Notes: a model not told the origin generated them from the letters alone. DNA of 64,000 nucleotides from Eledone cirrhosa (GCA_964016885.1 OZ024754.1:45632001-45696000); one strand, 5' to 3'. Counted from the stretch's first letter, positions 32,550 to 45,930 are shown. Translations and numbers: made by a program.

Positions 32550-33051
32550 CTTTATTTTGATTTTATTTCGTGCTCTCTCTTTCTGAGTGTGTGCCAGTAC
32601 ATATGTACGTTCGTGTATGAATGAATGAATGCAGACTTTCCTAGACTTCTCGTTAATTTCTAATCAAAACATTGCCCAGAAGGTGGTAATGAAAGTTTTC
32701 CAAGTACAAGGACATTGAAATAGAAGTAAGTAAAATGATGAATAAAAGGCTAACAATAATAATTGGTGAACTATATATGTCAGTAAACATGAAAGTCATC
32801 ATTTAGAATCATCTAACAAGTTAGAACTAAAAGAGATTTCTTCTATGTAGAGTCGGCAATCTACACCAGACATATAATTCAATAATATATTTTATTCTGA
32901 ATACTTTTCTATAAAATCCTACAGCACCCGATAACAAAAAGTATGTCACCAAACAGAAACACTACATCAACGTAGAAACACTACATCAATGCGGTGACAT
33001 ACGAGACCCATAACATTGTAAATTGGATAGAGAAGTAACATATATCCACTT

Positions 33052-33650
33052 ATGTACCTGCCAAACTATTGTAGCTTTCACTTGCTTATGTTAGTGACCA
33101 TTTCCCTCTCTCTTTCCAGTTCCTACTATTCCTACAGGATCGATTCGTTATTTATATGTCCATCCACTCATGCGCAGCGCCGACCTCAAGCCTGTTACCT
33201 CAACCGACCTCAGTTTCACATCGGTGGTTTTCGATGTCCATATCCCACAGTCATAAAGTGCCACAAACCACACTCGGGTCTTCTCGAGAACATGCTCTGT
33301 TCCTATACTATTTAGGTCCCTAAATGCAGATGTCACTGCTCCCAGTCCAGCTCTGTTCTTTTGACAACCATTCCTTGTTTAATCTTTTATGGTTCCAAGG
33401 TACCTAACTTTTTCCACGTGTGCTAGTGTGACTCTTCGACATTGAATGCCCATCTGCACCAGTTCCCTAGTTACTGTCATGATTCTCGTGTTCCTGAAGT
33501 TTGTCTGAATCTGATACTCCCCAGAGATCCTTTCTACCTTGCAAGTAATCTTTGGACTGTCTCCGATAATGTTGTTATCAAAACGATATCATCAGCATTG
33601 AGACGATTGTTGAGATTCCGGCTACCAATTGTTAATCCTATCCCGAGTAC
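33052..33650 (-). mobile_element. RTE-clade LINE reverse transcriptase remnant
   Basis: GLTIGSRNLNNRLNADDIVLI (YADD region), HVEKVRYLGT, ALYDCGIWT, TNESIL and KLQ*FG, with stops and frameshifts. Confidence 0.85.
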
Positions 33651-33883
33651 ACATACACTAATTGAATTGTATTTATTTATGGAATATATTATGTAAATAC
33701 AGTTTAATAGAAAAAGAAAAAAAACATTATTTAGATTGAGAAGAATGGAATGTAAAATAGGAAAATATGAATATAAGAACGGAAAAGGGAATGGCGAAGA
33801 CTTTAGTGTCACGGAAGAATGGGAAGAAGAGAGGGAGGGTGATACGACTCCGGGCCAAGGGCGTAGCTGTAATGGGGCTGCAC

Positions 33884-34051
33884 CCCACGGACACCTGCAA
33901 AAGCATTCTCCTGGACGATGGCCAGCTACACTTACTACAACAGCCACCGCAGGGTTCTTTCCTCAGACGTTCTGATCTTGTGTAGGAGCTCCACAGTACG
34001 AGGTCCAAGTACGCCAGCGGACTCGACAGTGACCTGTGCGATCGAAAGGTG
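33884..34051 (-). mobile_element. CRE-like non-LTR retrotransposon C-terminal endonuclease remnant
   Basis: One frame reads VTVESAGVLGPRTVELLHKI...WLL**V*LAIVQENA, cf. AVETxGxxGP...LxQRLSLAIxRGNA. Confidence 0.7.
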
Positions 34052-34344
34052 TCTTACTGTCAGAATGCAGAAAAACGAAATTAAATATTGTATGTCACAG
34101 CTATCTCTTCTGTCTTATTGTATTTTATTCTACATAATCCTGAACAGCAGAAATGCCAGAGAGACCTTTTAAATGGCTTAAACTATTTAATAAAGTTATT
34201 ATACATTCTGTCTATTGTATTTCAATTGACATCGATACTGTATTTTATTTGACTTTCGTCAACTCTCTGATGAGATTGTGCCAGATGTTGGGGTGGAGTA
34301 GAAAGCAATAGAATCAATCAATCACAAGATTATTCTTGTACAAA

Positions 34345-34400
34345 ATGACCCTTTTGTATTGAGATGTCAAATGGAGTACACAATTTCTTGCAGCCCTTTA
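34345..34400 (-). mobile_element. Possible Tc1/mariner terminus
   Basis: TAAAGGGGCTGCAAGAAATTGTGTACTCC resembles Tc1-type TIRs. No partner TIR found. Confidence 0.35.
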
Positions 34401-34564
34401 CGCATACATCCAGGAAAACACACACATACACACGCACACATTTATATATATATATATATATGCTTGTGTGTGTATATAAATATATATATACACAGTGTGT
34501 TCGTGTGTCTTTATATGAATATATAAAGTTACATATGTATACATACTCAGACTCTCTCTCACTA

Positions 34565-34618
<54 letters not shown>

Positions 34619-35522
34619 CACTTGAACACACAGGGAGGAATTAATTGAGAGGCGTGAAGTGACATACGTAACACCAATATCTGATAGACTGATAAACAGC
34701 CAGCGATATTATACAATTCCAAGTCGACATTTTAATATCTGACAAAAGGCCTACATTTATAGTATAGTGTTAAAACTCTTTCCCCTTTAAAGATAGTTTT
34801 TATTTGTTGTATTTCAGATTTTCCTCTTTTTGTTTTGTTGTTTTTCTTTCTTTTTTTTAATTTCCTATCTTCAACAAGAAACACGCTTTGGTAACAAATT
34901 GTAAAAAAGAAAAATGTAAAGCAATAGAGAAATTGGTTTGTATTTTTGTTTATTCATGTCGTTTATTTTTGTGTGTGTATATACCTCTAATAATGGGAAA
35001 TAATACATCACACAATTCTCGTTTTGACATCTGTATTCAGTTTCCAATATAGAATAGATAAAAACATACTATCTAAACCAAAATAATAAGAACAGTAAAA
35101 GAGCAGAGTAACAAGCAGAGTAAAAACAAGAGTAAAAAAAAAAAAAGAGTAAAATTAATAGCGATTGTGTGATGATACTTTCAAAATGTCATTCGACTTT
35201 CGTTCGTGTTTTGCTATTGGCTGTTGTTATTATCATTTGATGGTGATACCATCGTGGAAATTTGCAAGCCAATATGCAAAGGGAGGCGAGAGATAATGTC
35301 GAGGAAAGAAGAAAAAAAAATGATATAAGAAAAGACAATACCGGTGGAACATTTTGGCAATATGTGAAATATGAGATTTAATTATATATATTTATTACTT
35401 TATGGCTACGTAACATAAGAACGGTGAAATCTGTGGAATATATGTAAATATGTAAGTATGGTTTTGTAAGCCTCTCTTTATCTCACATTATATATATATA
35501 TGTATATATATATATACATAAC

Positions 35523-35563
<41 letters not shown>

Positions 35564-35738
35564 ACATTGATATATAGAAATGGATATATATTATACATAA
35601 TTAAATATATATATTATATATTGATAGATAGATATGGATACAAATATATATGTACAAATATGAATATGTGTGTACATGCCTGTGTATATATATATATATA
35701 CACAGAGAGAGGGGGGATATAAATATATATGTACATGC

Positions 35739-35777
<39 letters not shown>

Positions 35778-36082
35778 GAGAGAGAGGGGGGATATAAATA
35801 TATATGTACAAATATGTATATATATGTATACGCATACATAGACATATATACGGATATACATACACATCACAGTGACTGGCCAATTTTATGGCAGTTGATG
35901 ATTCTGAACTTAGTCAGACACCCTAAGAAATTGCACGTTGAAATCACTCAATAAAATATACAACCTCTTCTTATTTAAGGAGATCTTGTTTTCTAAAAGC
36001 ATCGATTCCAAATATTAGACATATCGAAAGTCGATTGATAAGATCGCTGACCTCATTCACTTAAAGAATGGGGTGGAGCTGG

Positions 36083-36187
36083 TCAAATCGGACCGAGGAA
36101 ATAATGTTTCCATTGGTGTTTCCAATTGCTAGTAGTATCTGCCGGCCGCAAATCCAGACAGAAGGAGCAACATGAAATAAAGTATTG
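36083..36187 (-). mobile_element. SINE family B (alternative tail) fragment
   Basis: Reverse complement aligns to about 17866-17967. Confidence 0.75.
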
Positions 36188-36191
36188 AAAT

Positions 36192-36322
36192 CGGCGTATT
36201 GTGTACTTGAGAAAGACAGTTTATTTCACGTTGCCCCAGTCCACTCAATTGACAAATGTGAGTTTCATCTGTAATTAGAAGGGCTACACACTCACGCTGA
36301 GTCTTCCTAAGGGCTATGTAGG
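36192..36322 (+). mobile_element. SINE family B (standard tail) fragment
   Basis: TTTATTTCACGTTGCCCCAGTCCACTCA...CACGCTGAGTC. Confidence 0.7.
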
Positions 36323-36741
36323 TATTAGGATCAAACAATTTACCACATAATTGCGAAGCAAATATCTTAACCATTCATCGAAGCTTTTGATAAGAGAGGA
36401 ACATGAGGTTATATGTGTATTTAAAGAGGATAAGACTAAATGTTTAATCTTTTTCTTTTATCTATTTAAACATCTATATATATACTGATCCTCTTTCTTT
36501 CCTTTATTCCATAGGTATGTAATCATTCCCGTATTTTCCCCTGTGATGATGGCTTGCAAATTGTATGTATGATCTATTTTCACTTAATTCTTATAATCTG
36601 TATGAAATGAGATGTATAATCTAGCTTAATTCCTAATAATCTCAGAGAAGACCATCTTTTGATATTCTAGAAATATCTTTAAATTATATCCCTACAACAG
36701 GTGGTAGAACAAATAAGTCAATTAAAAATTAAAAAAAAGTT

Positions 36742-37040
36742 GCCGTGTTTATTTGTCTCTTACATTCTGTGTTCAAATCTCAAAGCTTTGTTGTATTTGC
36801 TTCAGCACTCTCCTCTCTGAGTTCAAATTCTACCGAGGTCAACCTTGCCTTTCATCATTTAGAGTTTGACAAAAAACGTACCAGTCTACTACTGGGGTTG
36901 TTTTTCTCTCTATCCTTCTCTGGAATAAATCTGCTGTATTCAGACCTGGAGATGGATGGACTCCGGCAGGCTTAAACTGCCCAAGAAACGCTTTATGCCA
37001 ATACAAAGACCTTTCGATTCCCGCAGGTGTTACAGGATCA
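36742..37040 (+). mobile_element. SINE family A fragment followed by an about 125-bp second module
   Basis: CTGAGTTCAAATTCTACCGAGGTCAACCTTGCCTTTCATC, then a module at 36918-37040 homologous to 56415-56540. Confidence 0.65.
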
Positions 37041-38061
37041 GACCATCCCATCCCATATATTCATCTATATCCTATATGCAATATATTTTCCTTGTTTATA
37101 ACTCATCCTTATTGGTGGAATCTTTGGAACGTCAAGCCTAAAATTTTGTAGTAATTCTTCCTGGATTTAAAAAAGTTTAGATAGGACCAGGATGAACTTT
37201 GCTTTCCATTGAATCGGATTAATACTGTTAAATTAACAATCAAGTACTGGGATAGAATTGGTTGTACTGCATTGTAAGAAAGTGATGACGGAATACGTAT
37301 AGTTTTATATTCCTCCTAGAAAAGTTGAGTTCTGTATTGAGGCTAAAATACATCACATTTCGCATGCTGCTAAAGTCGCAAAAGAAAACACGGAATACAT
37401 TCGGTGGTGGACAAACTAATGTGCTTGTATGGACAAATTTGGTAGAATCGATTGTGTGGAACACAAAAGCATTCTCTGTTCAAATGTGGCCAGTGTCAAC
37501 TCGATACTTAGACTCACTGTATTCGGCAAAATGAATACTCGCCGAACACAGAGATTTGATATATTTTACTATGCTTGTTTCAAACGAGAAATATTAAATT
37601 TCGTAACTAGACGAAATGCTATCCAAGTTAACTAAACAAATATCTCACTTATATTGAAAGTTTGAATCTCACTAAGTTTAACTTAGTAATCAATCACAAT
37701 GTATTAAGTATCAACCATAAATATATTCCGAGTGATTCAATGAAGCGTACACCGAACTAACAAATGTTTCCTTTGAAACTAGTCAGCATATTAAATCTTT
37801 AAACTGACGTTAGTGGTTCAATAGCCAGGGTCATTTATTCGTTTATTATAATGTCTAGTGAGTTTGTCTCACGTTAATCTGTTCTCACATTGAGCTGGCC
37901 GTCATTCTATAACATTTAGTTTCAACTTAATAATAAATCCATCGAAATAATTCATTAATTATAGGTTTTGTTTGTTACTAGGGATTCACAGTGAGAACCT
38001 CTGTTTGCAAGTGCTATTAGAGTCAGCCGGGCTGAAATAGTTAGCCACAGATACCGTATAA

Positions 38062-38145
38062 AGAATTTGACTCAGATCATAAAGGGCCGTAACTCTAAGC
38101 GTCAAAGGATAGCGTCCGACCCTCTACCCATACTGCCAATCGACA
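38062..38145 (-). mobile_element. SINE family A 5' fragment
   Basis: GAATTTGACTCAGATCATAAAGGGCCGTAACTCT...CTGCCAATC. Confidence 0.6.
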
Positions 38146-38807
38146 ATGATAATTGAATGTATCTAATCGAAGATGTGACAGTAAATTATGTGTTTGTTTA
38201 TCTGTAGATCATGTTATGTCATCCTTGTATGTTTACTATCAATATATCTAAAATAAATACTTCTGATATAATAGAAATTACTGAATCTTGTTCATATTTA
38301 ATGCTTATCTCTTTAGATTATTGAATATTTTATGTTTATTTCATATAGGGAAATGTAAAGTTGGCGTGGGATGATTTATAATAACGTTACTGTGTGTGGG
38401 ATAAAATATTGGCGCCAATGTATAGTATATTGCCTCAAGAAGGCATTATATCTTGCCAGATACGTTTGTGTTATGATTGGCATGATAGTGATACACTTTC
38501 TTGCAATTCCATCAGAACAAAGACACAAATGCATCAGTACAGCTTAGTAATATATATTTATTCTAATTATATTAATTAAATCATACATTATGGTGTCATT
38601 AAATGATAGTGATACATATTTAGTATGAAATAATTACATTATCAATTATATAGTCATACACTGCTAACATTTCAATTTAACTATTTGCCCTACACATGAT
38701 AGATGCATATCAACTTAAATTACTTTTCTTTGAGTATCGCATGATACCCGATTTGAACAACCAACACTTCCATACATACACACATACACACATATATATA
38801 TATTTAT

Positions 38808-38890
38808 ACATACATGCATACATACATACATACATACATACATACATACATACATACATACATACATACATACATACATACATACATACA

Positions 38891-38920
<30 letters not shown>
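38808..38920. repeat. (CATA)n microsatellite
   Basis: Directly visible. Confidence 0.97.
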
Positions 38921-38921
<1 letters not shown>

Positions 38922-40575
38922 GATGTGATGATGGCTGCAATTTGATTTCGAGTATTGCCATTGCTTGATATTTAATTATGGCATATATCGCAAAAATGTG
39001 ACATACCAAGCGGTGGCTGTGCTTGAAGCTTTTTTAAAAGTGGGAAGGCTTTGTATTATAGAGAGGGAGGGGGAGAGAGAGAGAGAGGGGAGGGGCATGT
39101 ACAGGACTAGAATCATTTCATTCGAAAGAAATCATTCATTCGAATGAAACATCCTGCAGATGCCATTTCTATATTGAACATTTATACTCTGTGTATTGAG
39201 AATCTTACTTACCCTCGATTGAACCCGGGATACACACACACACATACATACACACACACATATATATATATATACACACATTCTCACGCACATATGCATA
39301 TAAGGTACACACACAAATAACCATGATCAGGATGTTGCCATGGAAATATTCCAACATAGCAACAAACATGCGTATGTAAAGAAAAAGAAGATACAATAAA
39401 AACTGTCATTTTTTCTCAATCAGTCTCGTTCGACCCACGCACAGGTAAATCTTTGGATGTTCTCGTTCATTTTCTACTTTAACTTCGTTATTGTAGATTA
39501 AAGAAAACAATTCTTTCTCTGTCATAGAAGAAAGACATACAAATTTTAGACGGTAACACCTTGCTAAAAAATATGATTGTTATCGACAAAAACTAATACG
39601 GGTCTTAGTGGATTCAGTTATTTTACTTTAGTCTACACAGGTTCGCACACGCAAGGATTCCAAACCACTCACACACACACACAAACATATATATATGTGT
39701 GTCTGTGTGTGAGGTGAGTGTATTTGTTTACCCTTGTGTTTATATAATGAACATTCTCTCTCTCTCTATATATATATATATGGGGAGGTGCATGTATATA
39801 TAAATATATACGTGTGTGTGTGTACATACTTGCACCCATGAGCGTGTGCAGGTGTGAATGAACGTTGTGTTTGTGAAGATACATGAATGAATTTGCTTTA
39901 AGCACTCAAGTATAATTGCATACAAACACACACTCATACACGTGTGTGTTCATTATATCTTAAAATGTACACTATAGCACTTTCGTTGGAATTAATTAAT
40001 TATTTAATGTTTCAATGAATAGCTGCATAAATATGTATACATTTTATATTTTAGAAAGTGTATTCAAATTTAATACTAATATTTAATTAGTTTTAAATTT
40101 ACAATATTTATTGAAATTCTGCTAACACGAATTAAAATTCTGCCAACATTGTTTGGAAAGTCTATAAATCGCCTCAAAATCAGTGATTACACATGTATGT
40201 AGCTTACACAATAAAAGATGGGTCTACAATAATGACGTAGATATGTTATGAGTGTTTCAATACAAACATTATTCAGTATTCAAACTCTTCCGGCAATATA
40301 TAACACATTGTTAAAATTCGATAAATGCTTTCGGCTAACTGCAATTATCTATTTCATTGCAGACAATTATAGTTTTCTTATTTTTTCATATGATTCGAAA
40401 AAGCTGTAAAAGCAGGTATATTTAATGAAATTCTGAAAACATAATATAATAGATATAAATCCCACTGTACAATATATGGCTTTACGTGCGCATGTAAGGC
40501 AGAATCCAGCTTTATAACACGATTTAGCAAACTAACGGAGTTTCATGTGGTACATATATATATATATATATATAT

Positions 40576-40710
40576 ACGTCCCTTTACGATCTGAGTTCAA
40601 TTCCTGCAGAAGTTAGCTTTCATTCTTCAATGATTGATAAAAGTACCAATAATGCATTGAGGTCGATTTAAACGACCTTCACTTCACCCAAACATGTGCC
40701 TAAATCAGAA

Positions 40711-40712
<2 letters not shown>
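40576..40712 (+). mobile_element. SINE family A copy
   Basis: CTTTACGATCTGAGTTCAATTCC...GTACCAATAATGCATTGAGGTCGATTTA...GTGCCTAAATCAGAAA. Confidence 0.7.
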
Positions 40713-40789
<77 letters not shown>

Positions 40790-40879
40790 AGAAGTTATAT
40801 AACCCAGTTAGGTAACAGATGTTTCTCATTATATAAGCACTTCAGCACAAATTCAATTCATCGTTATGCTTTTTTTCTT

Positions 40880-41075
40880 CTTCTCACTCTTCGCCCACTT
40901 ATTCCCGAGTGGGTCGTGGAGGTAGAGTCCTAAAACACTTTTTGTAGTGTGCCATTCACAAGCAATCCTCTCCAACTAACCCGCCTGTATCCCTAAATTA
41001 GATCAGCCATATTCATGGATGTTATCCAACCATTTTGTTCTGGGTCTCCTGTGGGTTGATTTTTGCCCGTAAAAT
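40880..41075 (-). mobile_element. 3' end of an RTE/Expander-like LINE
   Basis: GQKSTHRRPRTKWLDNIHEYG*SNLGIQAG*LERIA, cf. GRPRTRWxDxIxxLxWxxLGIxxxELxxVA. Confidence 0.7.
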
Positions 41076-41854
41076 CTCTCTAGCGATTATTTACTGAGAC
41101 ATTCTAACCTGAGGCTCATAGTTTCAGAGCGGTGATATCTCAGTTCGAAGATATAACAACTCTACCTAGTTATGCTAATTTTTGAAAAGTACATCTTTCT
41201 CTACAGTGCAAACATCATCTTTAATGTCCATTTGTCTACGACGTTATAATTTTTGTTTCATATTTTAATTCCAATATATGTTTCTATCGCGAGATATACT
41301 GCTCTAATTTCTTCATATCTCGGTGAATCCAAAACAGAAACTATGTGTAACTACATTTAACCTCACAAAAGACAGTATCTTAGCCTATGATTTCGGTCGG
41401 GATAAACCGGGTAACTACAGTGAGGTATTAAACTTCCCAATACCTATCATCTGACAGGTGTGTCAGTACAGATAAGCATGTATTTGTATATCTATACGCG
41501 CAGCTATAACCCACAAAAGCGTTAAATTATCATCACAGCGATGGAGAAGTATCAGTCTGAAAATCAACGCTTGAGAAGTCATGAGTTCATTAAAGATGGC
41601 GGCCTATATATGTGCAGAACAATGCAGTATGGAGCACTTGGTGTTCTTGTATTTCCTAAAAATAAGGCAATCAAGAATAGATTATGCTGCAGTAATTAAA
41701 GTAAGGCCTATACGATAGAGATGATTGATAGTCGAAAATTCAATTATACCAAATATAAATTTAATCACCATCTGTTAAACGTCTTGAAAGCTTTAACACA
41801 TATCATTTCACAAATGTTTTTCAGTTGCCTTTTCCTATTGATACACCTAAGTAC

Positions 41855-42000
41855 GCAAACACACACATGCACACACACATGCACACACATGCACACACAT
41901 GTACACACACATGCACACGCATGCACACACATATGCATACACACATGCACACACATGCACACACACACATGCACACGCGCGCACATATGCCCACACAAAC
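41855..42000. repeat. (CACACATG)n-like minisatellite
   Basis: Directly visible. Confidence 0.9.
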
Positions 42001-42028
42001 ATACATTATGTGTACGGGCATATGTCTC

Positions 42029-42081
<53 letters not shown>

Positions 42082-42273
42082 ATATATTTATATATACAAT
42101 GTGTCTGTGTGAGTACATGTTGGTACGTATGTATTAATATACAGGTCCGTGTGTGTGTGTGTGTGTGTGCATGTGTGTATGTATATATATATATTTATAC
42201 ATGTGTGTATGTTTGTATGTATATATATATATATATGTGTGTGTGTGTATCTGTGCGTGTGTATTTATGTATG

Positions 42274-42319
<46 letters not shown>

Positions 42320-42615
42320 AAGTGTTAAAACGATCAAACTTTAGTTTAGAACATTAGCTGACAATTGTTTCTTCCAGACGGAAGTCTGGATTCATCGGAG
42401 CATAAGGAATGTCGAAAACGTGTAACTAGAATCCTAGTCATTTAGAAAATTTAGGGTACATAGTTGTTATTAGTGTCAAAGGCATCATGTGGAGGTTCAG
42501 GAGTTAAACAGATGTTCCGCTTGAAAAAACAATTATAGGCGGCGCTGGTTGGATGTGTAATAGATATAAGTAAAAGCAAAAAGCACACGCAAAAAAAAAT
42601 CTCAATTCATTTAAG

Positions 42616-42668
<53 letters not shown>

Positions 42669-43276
42669 CATACATTTGCTTGTGTATATGGATGTGTTGT
42701 TTGTGAGTTTATTTGTTAGTGTATGTACCATGTTTGTTGCTAGCTAACTAGACGGTGTGTCGACATGCGTCATACATTATTCGATTTAGAAAACAGTATG
42801 CCGTGGTTATCTTAAGTTTTCAACATCAATCTTTTCGTTAAAAGTCGAAATTACAGCTTATTTTATTTCACTCTTTACTCAGTTCAATGTTTTAATTTCC
42901 ACGACTTTCTCTCCTTTACAATATAATTACTTAAAATCTCCTAACCATCGTACACTTTTACCGCTTACAATCTTCGCTAAAGACAGTTCTTAAAAGGGAA
43001 AATCTAATTCTCTTACATATATTTGAACAGAAATTAAATTTTCTTTTTGACAAAGATCTTGGCAATTACATTACGAAATTTTGCCTACCAATGCAATAAG
43101 TAAAGCATGTAATTAGAAATAAAAGTGAGAATATTGAGAGCAAAACGAATAACAAATGGGTAATGTCATATAAAATGAAAAAAACATGGTATATGTTATA
43201 TATTCTTAAATAGAAAGTAAGTGAGAACTACAAAATATCAGATACTATGTGTGTACGTGGGAGTACAGTTATGTAT

Positions 43277-43310
<34 letters not shown>

Positions 43311-43372
43311 CTATAGATATATATATAGATATATATATATATATATATATATATATCTATAGATATATATAT

Positions 43373-43409
<37 letters not shown>

Positions 43410-43658
43410 TATATATAGCCGAAATACGATTCTCGCTAATTTATATTTATATATATATATGTATATATGTATAGTTATATATATATATATGTGTGCGCGT
43501 ATATATGGATATATATATGTATATATATATATATATGTGTGTGTGTGTCATCTCCGCGCATGAGCACATGATTCTTCATATATACATATATATGTATATA
43601 CATGTTTATCTATCTATCTATCTATTTATATATTTATCTCTCTCTCTCTCTCTATGTA

Positions 43659-43712
<54 letters not shown>

Positions 43713-44039
43713 ATATGTTCTGGCTCGTTAATTTATTAACCTGCCATTGAACCACATTGGCATTTGGTTGGACAATACATGTGTCCCTTAGCGCTTTGTG
43801 CGTGTAGGAACACATATTCTATTATTACTATTCTCCTCTATGTTGAGAAAAAATTTGGTCGTTCTGACTGCTGCTAGTTATAGCGGTAGCAGACTGACCT
43901 GCCTGCCTCTGCTTCTATCTTTGCACTCGGCCCTTGAAAAAATTGATTCCACTTCATTTACTCTCATCTCGGGAACAATTTTGAATAGCGCCAGTTTGTA
44001 ATTTAAGTTCGAGAATTATATATTCTTCGAATGTAAAGA

Positions 44040-44123
44040 ACCTTCTGGTGAGAATCTTTCTTTGCAACGAAGGCCGTATGGACTCCGTTTATTTTTGAGA
44101 TTCGAAACCGATTCGGTAAAGGT
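44040..44123 (+). ncRNA. Type I hammerhead ribozyme fold with extended stem II
   Basis: Stem I ACCTT/AAGGT; core CTGGTGA (A6 is G); stem II GAATCTT/GAGATTC; GAAA; stem III ACCG-ATT-CGGT; GUA triplet, predicted cut after 44118. Confidence 0.7.
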
Positions 44124-44190
44124 AACTATAGTAGGTAATGTTAATTTTTAACAATTTATTTTGAAACTTTTTCCTTATTTTCTAAACCTT

Positions 44191-44249
<59 letters not shown>

Positions 44250-45930
44250 ATGTTCCAGTTGTTCAATCAACAGAAGAGTATGCTCATGATAACATCGTGT
44301 AAGCGGCTGAGCATCCTACAGACACGTGTGCCATTAACCTCATTATTAGGGAGATCCCTCGTTCCACTACAGCAATCTATATATGAGATGTATTTACTTA
44401 AGTCCATTTTTAAACCATTGATCTCCAGACTTAAGAAAATTAGAGGATAAATATAATTCGGTAGAATGCCTCTCGGTCATTCTCATACAGTGTGTCATAG
44501 TGTGTGTTAGTGTGTGCGCGGGTGTGTGTGTGTATGTGTGTGTGTGTATGTGAGTGTGTGTGATTTGACATATGGTTTTAGAATATTAGATGGAAAACGT
44601 TTGTGTGTCATTTATGCAATGTTACTTTTGACATTCACCACAATTTACTGACATTCTCATTGTTGCTGTTCTATATATAGTCGTCTCTTTCTAAGATTGG
44701 ATACTTATCTAATATTATAGCATATATCTCTTGCTCTCTTTCGTATTTAATATCTACCTTTTCAACATTATCTCTATTGCAACCTGTTGGTAATTCTATA
44801 TTCGAATTCTTTTCACAACTTTATGCCATTTCATCGTTAATATTTAATGTTTTCATATAACAAAATCTCTTCGTATATCTACTGAACAGAAAGTTTGTAG
44901 ACTAGAAAATTGATTTATTTTTCTCCCTGTTGACATGATCGTGCATGCAACAACACGTAATTTGACTCAAGGCCATTTTTCCAAAGTTAAAACAAGATTC
45001 CATCCTCCATATGAAGTTACAATGTATATGTATATATATATATATATATATAAATATGTGTGTGTGTGTAAATCCACCAACGTAAATATGGTATTTTACA
45101 AATAATATCGTATTTATCGTGTTGCATATGTGTAGTTAAGACATAGCTATACCATATATATATATATATATATATATAGACCTGCACAAATGAAATTTTA
45201 TTTAGTTTTATATATATATCTCTCTCTATATATATATACATAGGAAAACAGTCCAGAAATAGCCATCAAAACGGCTTGAGCTCTGCCGTCGGGGTCAAAC
45301 ATTTTCCTATTACCCACTCTACTACCCTAAGTATTGAGTACTCTGGTGCGTTATGGTCCATCTGGTTCCTTACCACACCTCCTTCGTTATGAATGAAACA
45401 GCTCTAGTCCAGTAGAAACCATTTCTAATTAGGGTATGACGTGGATGATCTGGGGATCAGCTATGTGATAGGGTTGACTTCCAGGTATTTGGTTCGGCTT
45501 CCAATACCGAAAACCACCTTATTGTATTTTCTAATTTTATAATGTCTCTGAAACCTGCAGTTTTATTTTGTTGTTGATCCTGATAGAAATAGAAAGAGCT
45601 GTTGGATTGTTGCAGCTAAATACAAGAATGAAGGATCTATACTTTCTGTGTATTTCCAGTTATTTTGAATGTTTGTGATTATTCCTACCCTAGAACCTAT
45701 ATGTATAGATTATTCCTACATGTGAACCTATATGTATAGATGCCTAACCATTCATTCTTTAGATCAATAAAATATATAGAGAAGAAATATAGATTGACAA
45801 ACTGATATAATTCCACCAACTAGCGTCATAGGTCCCCGTATTTAAATCAAAATCGCTCTTTCCAAACCAGAAATTGTAATGTCCAGCTTCACAGGGATAA
45901 GATCAGCATGGAATTTCACCTAATATTAAC

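Noticed and set aside
34267-34312. CTGATGA...GAAA hammerhead-like spacing (also 47657-47715 minus, 47122, 47266, 58441)
   Set aside because: Stem I or stem II cannot be formed.
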